DNA of 64,000 nucleotides, from positions 1 through 64,000 of the forward strand of contig JAUFOR010000003.1 in assembly GCA_040285745.1 (NCBI GenBank), given 5' to 3'. The notes under the pieces were generated by a model. It had not been told where the DNA came from. It did no database searches and was given only the letters and a program-made list of their open reading frames with translations. This DNA comes from Barthelona sp. PCE (taxonomy: Eukaryota). The position numbers were made by a program, and so were the translations under genes. Positions 49,567-61,024 of the stretch are shown here, one piece after another; within the stretch, counting starts at the first letter, position 1, and every line of letters begins with the position of its first letter.

Positions 49567-52098
49567 TTATTCTTGTTCCTTCATCATTTGTTGAAAAGAT
49601 CCGAAATCAAAGCGTACTTCCTCCGCAAACTTAACAAGCGGATCATTAAAGAGGCGCATGATAGAAGGGTCGCCCTTCTTAATACGCATTTGCATCTGAC
49701 TCATTAAATCTTTGAGGTTAACGTGCATGTCATTGAAACTCTTGGATTTTGTTGCTTTGTCGAACTTTTCACCATCAATATCTTCACCCTTGAGGAACGA
49801 AGACATCAGTGACACTGGCATATAGTTCGTAGACATATCGACTTCCTCAGGGTCGTTAGCCAGGACAGAATTGAAATATGGAACCTTCCCCAATCCCTCA
49901 AAACGCATGATAGGTTCACCGTAGAAGACCTCCAGCTCATCGTACGTCTCTACCGACTTCATTGAATGGAAATATCGAAGGAGAGTATCAAGTGCTGTTT
50001 GTCTTCTGGGTTGCTTGATCTCCAGTACGTGTGCAAATACATCTCGCGCACGGTCTGGCAGCGTTAGATCCACACCAACATACGAATACAATAACAGGAG
50101 ATATTTGAGCACATACTCAACATCCTGGATTGGCGTGGACCATAGCTCATTGATGACTTCCTCAATATCCTTTAAATCAGTGTTACCAGTCCTGTCGATG
50201 ATTGGGGCAAACATGAATGAAGTGTTTGTCATAGAAAATGGTCTCTGCGTTTGATGAACGTGTCGGTAGTCTTGCTCTATGATATGGTCTATTAAGTGGA
50301 TGAGGATAACACGAATCCGCCTTATGAAGAACACCAGCAGGGGTGCCTGTCTCCGATCCTCGGGTATGTCGAGCAAAAACTTTATCGTAGATTGCACGTG
50401 TTCGACAATATCAAGGACAAAGGCGTTTATCAGCTCTAGCGTTTCGTTGACAGCTTTCCCGTCATTATTAAATATAGTCGAGCTGCCGAAAGGCTTCAGA
50501 AAGATGAGATTACCAATGTATTTAACAGCTGAGACGAAGGTGAACAGGTTGGGGTCGCGAGCGCAGATGTCCATCACACCTCTGAAGCGGTAGTAGCCAT
50601 TCGAGGCCCCGCCACGCAGGTCTCCATTGACGATATTGACAAGGCCACTTGCGAATCCTAGCGCCCCATAACTAATATTGCGGTTCTTCCTGTTGACGTC
50701 TCCCACAAACTCTTGGATACTTGTGAAGCTGGCAATGGTCTCACCAGGGCGACAAGACGTCACTACAATGAACAGATAACGAAGCTGCTGCAACTGGGTC
50801 TGGGAAGGCTTTTCCTTCTTGAAAAGCAAGAATCTTCGGAAAGAAATGGCTCCTGTAATGATTTTAGTGAGCTCTGTGAGAAGCACCGTGCCACGCTGAT
50901 CGAGTGGCCCCAGGTTGCATTCGCTAAGGCTTGCATTCTTAGTATTGATCAGTGCAAATTTGTAGAAGTTTTCGGGGCTGCTAATATGACTAATGAATTC
51001 CCTCGCCTTCTCGTTCGCAACCTCCTCCTCGCCGTCCAGAAGCATATCCAGGCGCGGGACAATAGCGCTATAGTCGATTAACAATGGTGATGGGTAGCGC
51101 AATGGGGAAAGTACCCACGTGTTGAAATACAGAGCGTTGGCGAGCTCCTCGTCCACCGATGGTAGCACGCTGTGATACAGAAGGCCCAAATACTCGAATA
51201 GAACAAGGTAAGTGCTTATTTTAAACTCTGAAACAAAATAACTATCAAAAGCACTACTGTCATCATCCTCATCCGGTCCCGCATCCTTGTTGTGGAACCG
51301 CAGGCGCTCCTCCCACGGATCTTTGAACGAACCTACAAACTGAGGCAAGGCGCTGTAGAACTCTCTCATATTGACCATCATACTTGTTGAGAAAAAGGTC
51401 CTGTCGGCAATGAGAGGCGTGACAACGAACGCCACCGGGTTGGGGACGTGGGGATCCATGGTGAAGGGAATCCAGTTGTAGCAACACTTGATAACCAGCT
51501 TGATAAGCCAAAAGCTCAGAAGATACGTGTTGAAGTCGTCATGGGTGTTGCTCAAAACCGTCTTTCCAACCTCTACGCACTCAGATATGATGGGATCGAG
51601 CTTCAAAGCAACCATATTCCAAAAATCTTCAACCAGAAGAAGATCGAAAACGCGGTCACGGTGGCACTTCAATTGAACCTGCTCTAGCACCCTGAGGCAG
51701 TGCAGCTGCAGGTTTTCACCAAATGATAGTGTGTGGTAGTACTTTGGAAACAATTTGAAGAGCTCATCATACGAGTTGCTGTTTAAGTAGTCATGCTCAC
51801 CACATGCACAACGAACACAGTCCAGAATGACTCCCTCCTGGATTGCTTTGTGACAGAAGTACGGATGAGAACACAAACTTGTTAGAAGTACAAAACAGGC
51901 TGTTTGAGTCTCATTTGCATGTGTATACTGTACAAGCTTGTACCAAATGTCGTCTGCTGCTTCTATTGCCTCTACTGTGTTGAAGAAGAAGCATACATGA
52001 TCGATATCGATGCTGTTTAGTTCCTTTATGAATTTCTTTTCGTCTGCTGTCAAAAATTCATCTGGAGCATGGTTAAGGGCATATGTTAACGTCTCCAT
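49567..52098 (-). CDS. Uncharacterised 843-aa, probably alpha-helical protein
   Basis: Long intact ORF; no motif recognised. Confidence 0.8.
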   Translation of the reverse strand: METLTYALNHAPDEFLTADEKKFIKELNSIDIDHVCFFFNTVEAIEAADDIWYKLVQYTHANETQTACFVLLTSLCSHPYFCHKAIQEGVILDCVRCACGEHDYLNSNSYDELFKLFPKYYHTLSFGENLQLHCLRVLEQVQLKCHRDRVFDLLLVEDFWNMVALKLDPIISECVEVGKTVLSNTHDDFNTYLLSFWLIKLVIKCCYNWIPFTMDPHVPNPVAFVVTPLIADRTFFSTSMMVNMREFYSALPQFVGSFKDPWEERLRFHNKDAGPDEDDDSSAFDSYFVSEFKISTYLVLFEYLGLLYHSVLPSVDEELANALYFNTWVLSPLRYPSPLLIDYSAIVPRLDMLLDGEEEVANEKAREFISHISSPENFYKFALINTKNASLSECNLGPLDQRGTVLLTELTKIITGAISFRRFLLFKKEKPSQTQLQQLRYLFIVVTSCRPGETIASFTSIQEFVGDVNRKNRNISYGALGFASGLVNIVNGDLRGGASNGYYRFRGVMDICARDPNLFTFVSAVKYIGNLIFLKPFGSSTIFNNDGKAVNETLELINAFVLDIVEHVQSTIKFLLDIPEDRRQAPLLVFFIRRIRVILIHLIDHIIEQDYRHVHQTQRPFSMTNTSFMFAPIIDRTGNTDLKDIEEVINELWSTPIQDVEYVLKYLLLLYSYVGVDLTLPDRARDVFAHVLEIKQPRRQTALDTLLRYFHSMKSVETYDELEVFYGEPIMRFEGLGKVPYFNSVLANDPEEVDMSTNYMPVSLMSSFLKGEDIDGEKFDKATKSKSFNDMHVNLKDLMSQMQMRIKKGDPSIMRLFNDPLVKFAEEVRFDFGSFQQMMKEQE

Positions 52099-52438
52099 GC
52101 TAGTATTTTTTTTGACTGAAAGGGTTCAAATGTGGAAAACAAAAATCTTATGTGTTTTCTGAGTTTCAGTATTTCTAATCATATCGTTCAAAACGTATAG
52201 GGATTCATGGCTGCAACAAAGACACTTTTACCAACGATAAAAGACGTTGCTGAGTTTTTGGTCTTAATGTTCTTCAATGGTGATTCATACATTTCCTATC
52301 ATTAAATGAATACAAAAGTGTGTGTATAGCACATTTTCAGTCACATTAAGGAAAACGACTGATCAGCAAAGCTGTTACTCCATTTCCATCTGTTTTTGGA
52401 ATCATTTTTTTTGTTAGGCGTATACATTTGTTATTATA

Positions 52439-53614
52439 ATGGTATTAGAGAAGTTTTGGCGTTTCGATTTGTTTACAAGCTCGAAATTAGATAAAGATGT
52501 TGTTTTAAAACGTTCTACCAAAGCTACAGCACTGTTATCTGTTGCTGCAGTTCTGTTTTGCGTCTTCTTAGTGGGCTCAGAGTTCGGATCTTTCTTGCGT
52601 GTTGATTCAAAAACTCATGTAACTGTTAATAAGGATATTGGAACCTTATTGCCTGTGCACATGGTTGTCAGCTTCCCAGAATTGCCTTGTGATCTGTTGT
52701 CACTTGACGTAATTTCATCAACCGGTCATGCACAGATTGATGTCCACCATAATATTTTTAAGGAGCCCATCGATCCTGTTACTCTTCTCCCCATCGCAGA
52801 GCGCGAGAAGCTCGACCTCAAGGAACAGAAAAAGCGTAAGGATGCTGCCAAAACCGTCAGTGAACAAAAGGCAGAAAGTGAAGTTGTTGAGAAAGATTAC
52901 TGCGGACCATGCTACGGTGCCCGTCCTGAAGGCGAGTGTTGTAACACGTGTGCGGAGATCAAGCAGTACTATCGTCAGAAGAACTGGCAGTTGTCTAATC
53001 TGAACAACTACGAGCAATGCCGACGTGAGGGTGTCACAACCACAATCAAGAGGGAAGGATGCAGGATTGATGCAACAGTGCAGCTTGAGCGTGTGAAGGG
53101 GAATTTGCACATCAGCCCCGGTCATTCTATCCACTCTGAACGAGGCCACGTGCACACGTTTGACGAAAACACTCTCAATTACAACACTTCACATATTTGG
53201 CATCATTTGAGTTTCGGAAAAGATGTGCCTGGTATCAAAAACCCGCTTGATAACTACAGGTCAATCCACACAGCACACCAATCGCGGATGGATAGATACT
53301 TTATTGATATTGTTGGCACACGATACACTTCGTTAAAGGGAGACACAATCGTTACAAATCAGTACTCGACAACATCCAGCTCACTCGAGGTTAACGGGCT
53401 TGACCGCTCACACGTTCCGGGTTTGTACGTACTGTACGACATCTCTCCGCTCATGATTGATATCCAGCAGACCAAGTCATCGTTTGGTCATTTTCTTGTT
53501 TCAGTTTGCGCTGTTGTCGGCGGTGTGCTCAGTGTGCTCACCCTCATTGACTCCGTTGTGTTTTCTGGTATGCGTGCTATGCGTAAGAAGGCACGTATTG
53601 GAAAGCTTATTTAA
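52439..53614 (+). CDS. ERGIC3: ER-Golgi intermediate compartment protein (Erv46 family)
   Basis: LPCDLLSLDV, YCGPCYGA...CCNTC, EGC...VKGNLHISPG, NPLD, YDISP and CAVVGGV, with a C-terminal GKLI. Confidence 0.95.
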   Translation: MVLEKFWRFDLFTSSKLDKDVVLKRSTKATALLSVAAVLFCVFLVGSEFGSFLRVDSKTHVTVNKDIGTLLPVHMVVSFPELPCDLLSLDVISSTGHAQIDVHHNIFKEPIDPVTLLPIAEREKLDLKEQKKRKDAAKTVSEQKAESEVVEKDYCGPCYGARPEGECCNTCAEIKQYYRQKNWQLSNLNNYEQCRREGVTTTIKREGCRIDATVQLERVKGNLHISPGHSIHSERGHVHTFDENTLNYNTSHIWHHLSFGKDVPGIKNPLDNYRSIHTAHQSRMDRYFIDIVGTRYTSLKGDTIVTNQYSTTSSSLEVNGLDRSHVPGLYVLYDISPLMIDIQQTKSSFGHFLVSVCAVVGGVLSVLTLIDSVVFSGMRAMRKKARIGKLI

Positions 53615-53624
53615 TAGTTCAGAT

Positions 53625-55313
53625 TCAAATAGTTAAATTAAAAGGATCATCTTGCTGAGAGCAGTACCCCATGAAATGATTGGGGAATTCGGCGAGGCAT
53701 CTTGAAATAAAATCCTCAATGTACTCCTCGTCTTCTCTTCGATCGTAGTCGAACGGAGCATATGATATAATATCACGAACCAAGTGTTTGTTGCTGGTCG
53801 ACACAAGTCCGATATCGTCAAGGCGCTGCAGCGCATCGTGACCAGACAGGTCTCCTAGACCGATGAGACAGTAGCTGACGGGCAGCTCTGAATTGGATAC
53901 AAAAGTGTCAGCAACGGTGCGCTCATCTAAGAAGGATCCCGTCGTCAACACAAAGACGAGATGGTAGACGCCCTCATCGGCCGACGACGTGAAGTTCATA
54001 ACATCCAGGAGTGAAGGCATTAGAACGCTCAGCTCCAGCGACACGACGTTATCAAGCGTCCAACAGAACTTCTTCTTCAACTTCTCAAGCGAGAATTCGT
54101 GTTGAACGTCAAACGGGACAAAGCGAATACTGGATCCAGCGGGCTTGACGCCGAAGAGAGAGCCACCATACTTTGCGTTATGATCGTAGACACCGAGTCG
54201 AGACGTCAGCGTTTCAAGCAGGAAGTTGATCTGATCTCTGTACTGCGGGATTGCTTGAGCGCTTCTGCTTCCGTCAATGACAAATGACAGCTCAATAGAG
54301 CGCGCCTCAGTCATTTTTGTAACAAAGCTTGGCGCCTCATACAGCACAACTTTCTGAATTGATAAACTCAATGAGTTAACAGAAACGGAGTTGCGCCTTG
54401 GCTCCGGGATCGTATCATAATCTTCAGGGATTGGCTCGTTTGGCACCCCAATCGCAATGTTGTCTGTACTTGACACCCTGTCCGACTCTTCGCTCGCAAC
54501 TTCCATAACAATACTCAGTTGCCTGCTGCGTTTCCTGGCCTGACTGGGGTGATGAATGCTTACTCTTCGAACACTGTCTTGCGTCAGTGTTCTTGAGAGG
54601 CGGCGCTGTTGATCAACGACAAAAACTTCAGGATCGCTCGACTGTTGCTCCTCACCGTACTTTTCATGACTGTGCATCAGCTCAAAGAGGCTTCGTTTTA
54701 TAGATACAACGGATTGCAGTGATACCGCGTTCAGCACATCGATTGACAGCATGATGTGCGGGTCTCCTCCACATAGCTTCATGCACGATAGAGTTATTGC
54801 GGGAAAGACGATCTCGGGCGTCATGTAAACGTCGCTACGATACACTTCGATATCTTCGCCTACAGGTCCCTCATGCGCAATGCTCAGCACATACCCCTGT
54901 CGGCCACAGCAGCGTGCAAAGAGGGATGCGTTATTAAAGGCAACCTTTAAAAGAACAGCGCAATTACTTAAGGAATATTCCTCGACGTGAAAGCGAGATA
55001 TGATAGATCCGGTCTTGATAGAGTAGCAGTCCCAGCAAGTTGTTGCGAGGCGATCGACAGGGACGCTTATTGTTTCGACACTCTCTTCCTCATCCTCAAA
55101 TGAAAGTTCAACGGTCAAAATGCTTTTTTTGCCGAATGTGAATGGTACCCTGAAGGGTAAGAACATGGTTTCTGCTTGGAACTCATCAAAACAAGCTGTC
55201 TCGCAGCTAATTTCACGATTATCCAAAGAAAATGTTGCTGTGAAAGAATGTGCCCTTGTTGACAGGAATTCAACGCCGACCGTAATCGATAATACGGTAG
55301 TCAGCTCCTGCAT
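53625..55313 (-). CDS. Copine-like protein (C2-like plus vWA)
   Basis: LSFVIDGSRS, YDHN, YHLVFVLTTG, ELPVSYCLIGLG, LDD...RDII and CLAEFP match the copine vWA domain. Confidence 0.85.
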   Translation of the reverse strand: MQELTTVLSITVGVEFLSTRAHSFTATFSLDNREISCETACFDEFQAETMFLPFRVPFTFGKKSILTVELSFEDEEESVETISVPVDRLATTCWDCYSIKTGSIISRFHVEEYSLSNCAVLLKVAFNNASLFARCCGRQGYVLSIAHEGPVGEDIEVYRSDVYMTPEIVFPAITLSCMKLCGGDPHIMLSIDVLNAVSLQSVVSIKRSLFELMHSHEKYGEEQQSSDPEVFVVDQQRRLSRTLTQDSVRRVSIHHPSQARKRSRQLSIVMEVASEESDRVSSTDNIAIGVPNEPIPEDYDTIPEPRRNSVSVNSLSLSIQKVVLYEAPSFVTKMTEARSIELSFVIDGSRSAQAIPQYRDQINFLLETLTSRLGVYDHNAKYGGSLFGVKPAGSSIRFVPFDVQHEFSLEKLKKKFCWTLDNVVSLELSVLMPSLLDVMNFTSSADEGVYHLVFVLTTGSFLDERTVADTFVSNSELPVSYCLIGLGDLSGHDALQRLDDIGLVSTSNKHLVRDIISYAPFDYDRREDEEYIEDFISRCLAEFPNHFMGYCSQQDDPFNLTI

Positions 55314-55376
55314 ATGTTTAAAACTACTGATAAGAGTTAAATATTGTAAAACTCTTTATTCTCCTTTTCAAATCTA

Positions 55377-56843
55377 ATGAGTAAGGGCATTAAACCACAG
55401 TTAGATTATCGTACAGTCGTTTCAGTCGACGGGCCTTTGGTCATTCTCGATAAGGTAAAGGTATATTTTTTTTTAGTGTTTACGGAGTATTCACTGCATT
55501 CAAACAGTGTATTTGACATTTAGAACGGCAGTTATGGTGAAATAGTCAAGATTCATTTGCCTAACGGCACCACACGTAGAGGTCAGATCCTTGAGGTCGA
55601 TAAAGAAAAGGCCGTTGTTCAAGTCTTCGAGGGATGCTCAGGAATCGATACAGATATGTCACACATTGAATTCACAGGAGAAACAATGAAGGTTGGTGTA
55701 TGTCCTGAAATGCTGGGTAGAATCTTCAATGGTTCAGGTGAACCTCTTGATGATGGACCAATTGTTATCCCCAACAAATACGTAGACGTTAACGGACTTC
55801 CAATTAACCCCGTTTCGCGTATTTACCCAGAAGAGATGATTCAAACTGGATTTTCCTCAATGGATGTCATGAACTCCATCGCAAGAGGCCAGAAGATCCC
55901 CCTCTTCACAGGTTCCGGTATGCCACACGACAAAATCGCAGCACAACTCGTCCGTCAGGCGGGTCTCGTTAAGAAGACGGACTCTGATGAGGTTGAGGAG
56001 TTTGTTGTCGTTTTCGCAGCAATGGGATGTGTGTCTGAGACCGCCCGTTTCTTTATTAACGAGTTCCAAGAGTCTGGATCAAAGTACAGAACTGTCTTCT
56101 TCTTGAACAAGGCTGACGATCCCACAGTCGAGCGTATCATCACACCTCGTATCGCTTTGACAGTCGCAGAGTATCTTGCTTTCGAATGTAACATGCACGT
56201 GCTCATCGTAATGACCGACATGACGAACTACGCGCAGGCCCTCCGTGAAGTTTCTATTGCAAGAGAAGAGGTACCCGCACGTCAAGGTTATCCAGGTTAC
56301 ATGTATACAGATCTTGCCATGAACTACGAACGCGCTGGCCGTGTCGAGGGCTCTACTGGATCGTTGACACAGATCCCCATCGTCACGATGCCTTCCGACG
56401 ATATCACGCACCCAATCCCGGATCTCACCGGATACATCACCGAGGGTCAGATCTACGTTGATAGGCACCTCCACAGCGCCGGTGTTTACCCACCACTTAA
56501 CATGCTCTCTTCGCTTTCAAGATTGATGAAGAGCGCCATTGGTAAGGGTATGACGAGAAACGACCATCCCAGTGTTTCAGATCAACTCTACGCTTGTTAC
56601 GCCATAGGTAAGGACGTTGACGCCATGAGGTCAGTTATTGGAGAGGACGCACTCTCGGACGAGGATAAACTATACCTTGAGTTCATGCACAGATTTGAGA
56701 AGGAGTTCATCTCACAGGACTATCGCGACAACCGATCTATTTTTGATTCCTTGGATCTTGCCTGGGATCTTCTCAGGATCTTCCCTCGTCGTCTTCTGAA
56801 ACGTATATCAACAACTATTCTTGACGAATATTATGCCTCTTAA
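55377..56843 (+). CDS. VMA2: V-type ATPase subunit B; exons 55377-55460 and 55524-56843
   Basis: Spliced [30 protein letters not shown], then [27 protein letters not shown] and [16 protein letters not shown]. Confidence 0.97.
55461..55523 (+). other. 63-nt spliceosomal intron in V-ATPase B
   Basis: GTATAT...TTTGACATTTAG; removal joins conserved coding segments in frame. Confidence 0.92.
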
Positions 56844-56888
56844 GTGTAAAAATAGCTTTATTTCTTATTTTGATACAAATTTTCCCCC

Positions 56889-57809
56889 CTAAATAAAAAA
56901 GTCTGCTGGGGGTTTGCGGAACAGTGGACCTCGCTTGTTCGTCGGAGCAGCCCGGAATATGAGGAACTGTGGGTCCTGCTTCACGTCGTCTACAACCATT
57001 ATGCTGGCAAGATTTCCATTTCTGTAACAGTAATCAGGGGCTGACCATACAGTCACTAATCTATTGTTATATATCCTAGAATATCCGTCCTTAACCAGCT
57101 GGTGTGCGCGGCAGATCTGCGACATTCTGTTGGCCCGAAGAAATTGGGTTACCGTGTCCTCGCCGAATAAAAATCCGGCACCACGCATACTGGGCTGAAA
57201 TCCTTCTTCTCCATGAGGGTGGGGGTCGCTCCACAGAAGGTCAGACATAGATCCGCTGTGCGGCACCTCCTGCATTCTGTCGATCTTGTCGATATCATCG
57301 ATACGTGTTATGAGAGGTGAAAGACCACCGTGGATGCAAAAAATGGATTGATCAAGCACGGCACCCAAAGGAAGAACGTCAAAAACCTCAACGCAATACC
57401 GCCACACGTTGACGCTGCCGTACTTCTTCACAGTTTCATCGAAGAAACCATATGCTTGTGTGATTTGACGAGATTCATGATTTCCACGAAGAAGAAACAC
57501 TCTATCTGGGTACTTTATCTTGTAGCAGAGTAGTAAAAGGAGGGTCTCGCACGAATATAATCCTCTGTCAACGTAATCACCAAGGAAACAATACTTTGTT
57601 GTGGGTGGAGTACCGCCTGTTGCAAATAGCTCCAGCATGTCATAAAACTGCCCGTGGATGTCCCCAACCAATGTGATAGGTGCGCTTAGTTTGATAACAT
57701 TAGGTTCTCTTGTTAAGATTTCTGTTGCCTTACTACAAATCGATCTTACATCTGTTTCGGTTGGATACTCACACTTTAGAAGTCGTTCTATGAGTAAATC
57801 AAGCTGCAT
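56889..57809 (-). CDS. PPP4C: Ser/Thr phosphatase catalytic subunit, PP2A family (PP4-like)
   Basis: GDIHG, GDYVDRG, RGNHESRQITQ.YGF, KYGSVNVWRYC and RAHQL; the C-terminus KPPADFFI resembles PP4. Confidence 0.85.
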   Translation of the reverse strand: MQLDLLIERLLKCEYPTETDVRSICSKATEILTREPNVIKLSAPITLVGDIHGQFYDMLELFATGGTPPTTKYCFLGDYVDRGLYSCETLLLLLCYKIKYPDRVFLLRGNHESRQITQAYGFFDETVKKYGSVNVWRYCVEVFDVLPLGAVLDQSIFCIHGGLSPLITRIDDIDKIDRMQEVPHSGSMSDLLWSDPHPHGEEGFQPSMRGAGFLFGEDTVTQFLRANRMSQICRAHQLVKDGYSRIYNNRLVTVWSAPDYCYRNGNLASIMVVDDVKQDPQFLIFRAAPTNKRGPLFRKPPADFFI

Positions 57810-58107
57810 AATCCCCAAATATGTTAATTAAAAGTGGTAATGGATGAAAATGGAACTCCACTTCTTTTGGTTTCAATATGTTTTGCTTTGTGGCTGCTTG
57901 GCCAAAGAGCTACCTTTGATGACTTGTGAATTGTTAAAGACCTCACAATTGTAATTTCGGAAGATTTGCATCGTTCTTCAGTGTGACAGAAATCTACTCA
58001 AATAGTTGTGGTGTATATTAACTCATGTGAACGAAATATGATACAGTGATTCGATGTATTGATATATGGGTGTTTAAATTTTTTATTCCTTATCCTTTTA
58101 TTATATA

Positions 58108-59244
58108 ATGGATATTTACAACAAGATATTTAACGAAGATGAAGAAGAAATGGGCATAGTTACATGTTATTTGCCGAAGAAGCGTAACAATGATGTAGAT
58201 TTGTACGATCATCTCATAGCGCTTTTCACTCAACTGATTGAGGCATGTTTGATGTGTGACCGCAGGTTCAGTGTCCCCACATTTCACGAAATAGTTGAGA
58301 AACTGAGATTCAAGACTGTTACACCACCTGCACTGATTCCAATTGCACACGTTCTTAAGAAGAGGAAAATTCTGCAGTCAAACCATGACATAGTAACACT
58401 GATGGAGCCTTCAATGGGTAAGAGATTCATGGGTTTGTTCAAGAGATCATTTTTAGATGACACTTGTTATTTTATCAATATCATTGAGAAATATGCGCTT
58501 GAGTTCATCAACAAACACTCGGAAATATTTAGTCCCGAACCCTTTGTTACATTAAGCGAGTTCTATGAAAAATTTCCTCTTCATGACAGAAATTCAGATA
58601 TTTTTTTCAGATACTTACACCACAAGAAGTACGCTCAAGTCGTCCGCAACCACAACGGTGATATCATCGGCTTGTGCTCCATGGAGTTTCAGAACGTCAA
58701 GTTTGCCTCTGTACTTTTGAGTATTAAAGAACAAAGAATTCAATGCGAGGTACGTTTAGAGGGTTTAAAACAACGTTGGGTCCAACTTAACAAGAAGAGC
58801 AGGAAGGTTCTTCTGCGGCCGATCTTTAATCTCAATAAGTTGATTGCTAATTTGAGCTATACTGAAGAACAGCTTCTTTTCACAAACACCACCAGGAATT
58901 TAACTAGTCTCTTCCAACAAACTGCATCTGTCCTCTCAGCTGGAATTGAGAAGCATGAGGAGCTGGAGGATGCTATGGAGGATGTTAAGGATGCTCTTGG
59001 AGATATGCCAACAATACGAGATGATTTTTGGGATAATATTGAAATAGACGATGATATGGCTGCATTGCAAGCCGAGATAGATAACAGTACGGTTTCTACA
59101 GATATTATGAATAAGATTGATCATATTCGGGTCAACACCCGTTCACCTCGCGTTGTTCCGCCGAGTCCCAAGGCTAAAATTATTGAAACTGTGGAGCCAT
59201 TTGTTGACAAGAGGGCAAGTAAGAGGGAGTTAGTAGCTGAGTAA
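58108..59244 (+). CDS. CHMP7-like ESCRT-II/III hybrid protein
   Basis: N-terminal winged-helix-like part (F...TPPAL..I..VL), then an Snf7-like region (ASVL...ELEDAMEDVKD...IDDDMAAL). Confidence 0.5.
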   Translation: MDIYNKIFNEDEEEMGIVTCYLPKKRNNDVDLYDHLIALFTQLIEACLMCDRRFSVPTFHEIVEKLRFKTVTPPALIPIAHVLKKRKILQSNHDIVTLMEPSMGKRFMGLFKRSFLDDTCYFINIIEKYALEFINKHSEIFSPEPFVTLSEFYEKFPLHDRNSDIFFRYLHHKKYAQVVRNHNGDIIGLCSMEFQNVKFASVLLSIKEQRIQCEVRLEGLKQRWVQLNKKSRKVLLRPIFNLNKLIANLSYTEEQLLFTNTTRNLTSLFQQTASVLSAGIEKHEELEDAMEDVKDALGDMPTIRDDFWDNIEIDDDMAALQAEIDNSTVSTDIMNKIDHIRVNTRSPRVVPPSPKAKIIETVEPFVDKRASKRELVAE

Positions 59245-59295
59245 AGAAATGTGTCCTGTTTATTTTTCTTTATCCCTACACATTTTTTTTTTGCA

Positions 59296-60222
59296 ATGGA
59301 TTACAGTATTTTCAAGAAGTTCATCTACGACAATATCGAACTACCTTCTGTTGACGAGCTGCCTTACTTAGATGAACTTGATGAGTCCAGTGAGCTAGAA
59401 GAACCCAAAGTCATCGATGTTGACGTTCTTCGCTCTTTCTCCCACTTTCTGAAAGCCAACCCACACATGTTTCCCACATCAGAGGAGGGGCGTGAGAATT
59501 TACGTGAGGATTTTCGATTGAAGCTGCGCAAGATCCTCACTGCAATCTTACATGACGACGAGCTCAACGTGTTCTACTACCAGGGGCTCCACGAGATGAT
59601 ATCTATCCTCTTATTATTGACGAACGGTGATGTTACCATGAGTTACCAAATTATTGTTGCAATGTGTCGCAAACATATTAATTTCTTTGTTACAAAGGAG
59701 CCAGCACTTGAAACAGTGGACCCTCTTGTTAAGATTATTAGAGTAGCTTGGCCATCCCTGAAGGTTGGTGAAGATTTCGATACAGAGCTTTTTCTTTGCA
59801 CAATACCTTGGGTTCTGACATGGTTTTCATACAACTATGAGAATCTTGAGATCCTCAGAGATATTTTCATCTTCTGCTTAAAGGATGAAATGAACATTTA
59901 TTACCTTTGCGCTAGTATGTTCATGCGTGGCTTATTCACACAGTATGAGGGTAGCGATCCACTGGACCAGGCTAAAATGCACACCATTTTTAATCGACGA
60001 GAGTTCATTAAGGAGGGACCGTTCGCCGAACAAGAATACTTTGATGATGTTATGGAATTCGCCAATGATCTGCTTGAGCAGCATCCATGGGCAACTGTCG
60101 AGAAGCGAGTTGCATTGTTGGATAACTCAGTGTACCAAGCCGTTGTTAATAATAAGACTGCTATCGTTATTGGTGGTGCAGTTGCGCTCGGTGCAGTATT
60201 GTATTCTGTTATGAAGCAATAA
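59296..60222 (+). CDS. TBC-domain RabGAP (TBC1D20/Gyp8-like)
   Basis: IDVDVLRS (Arg finger), YYQGLHE (Gln finger), PWVLTWFS and a C-terminal TM anchor. Confidence 0.9.
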   Translation: MDYSIFKKFIYDNIELPSVDELPYLDELDESSELEEPKVIDVDVLRSFSHFLKANPHMFPTSEEGRENLREDFRLKLRKILTAILHDDELNVFYYQGLHEMISILLLLTNGDVTMSYQIIVAMCRKHINFFVTKEPALETVDPLVKIIRVAWPSLKVGEDFDTELFLCTIPWVLTWFSYNYENLEILRDIFIFCLKDEMNIYYLCASMFMRGLFTQYEGSDPLDQAKMHTIFNRREFIKEGPFAEQEYFDDVMEFANDLLEQHPWATVEKRVALLDNSVYQAVVNNKTAIVIGGAVALGAVLYSVMKQ

Positions 60223-60223
60223 A

Positions 60224-61024
60224 TCATTTCCACCCCTGTGCTCTCCTGAACCGGGTTATATCAATTGCGCATTGCTTCGGTTCTTCCTCCTCATATTTGT
60301 GCTGATACATGTGCAAAAGTCCATGTAAAACTCGTCCTGCGCTGTGAACCTTGCCTAAGAAGTGATCTGTGATGCGAGGGTCGTTTACCGCCAATTGTCC
60401 GACACACCATGGACACAAGGCCTGTTGGAAAAACTTTGGGCGTTTGGCTCGAGAATGCTCCTTGAAAGAGGTCTCAAGAATAAACTGTTTGCCGATCTGC
60501 TGCATTGACGTCTTGAAGTTGTTTGCGTGTCTGACGATATTCTCCTTCCTTTGTAGAAGCGCGAAGGCAGCTTCTACTTCTCCAGAAACTGCCATCTCAG
60601 TTACCTTGTCTTTCAGCCCCGACAGGCTCTCCGATGCCACATTCAGAGATGATGTATCAGTGCCCTGTACTATCTCATCGTACTGATCGGCAGTTGCCCT
60701 GAACAACCGCTGCTCTTCTTCTTCAAGAACCGCGTTTAGTATTCTATGAGCAACCTTCAGCTCTTTCAGGTACACATATTCAAGTCCAAGTGCATCCTTC
60801 TCTGGTTCTGAGAGGGATTGATATTTTGCTCGCAGTTCTGGAATATGTTTATGAGGGCATCGGTGAACCCCGCATTTAGTCTCAGAGAGAAGGGTATAGG
60901 CGCACTTATCAATGCAAAAACCAGCACAGATGTAAGGATCGTTGAGTAATGTAGTTGAAACGCTTACTTCTTCTTTCTCATCCTTTATGAGCGATTCCAT
61001 CGCCATCTTCCAGTCTGTGTTCAT
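60224..61024 (-). CDS. LUC7: LUC7-like U1 snRNP protein
   Basis: ZnF1 DPYIC...C...ETK...CPHKH and ZnF2 LCPWC..L...D.RITDHFLGKVH. Confidence 0.85.
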   Translation of the reverse strand: MNTDWKMAMESLIKDEKEEVSVSTTLLNDPYICAGFCIDKCAYTLLSETKCGVHRCPHKHIPELRAKYQSLSEPEKDALGLEYVYLKELKVAHRILNAVLEEEEQRLFRATADQYDEIVQGTDTSSLNVASESLSGLKDKVTEMAVSGEVEAAFALLQRKENIVRHANNFKTSMQQIGKQFILETSFKEHSRAKRPKFFQQALCPWCVGQLAVNDPRITDHFLGKVHSAGRVLHGLLHMYQHKYEEEEPKQCAIDITRFRRAQGWK

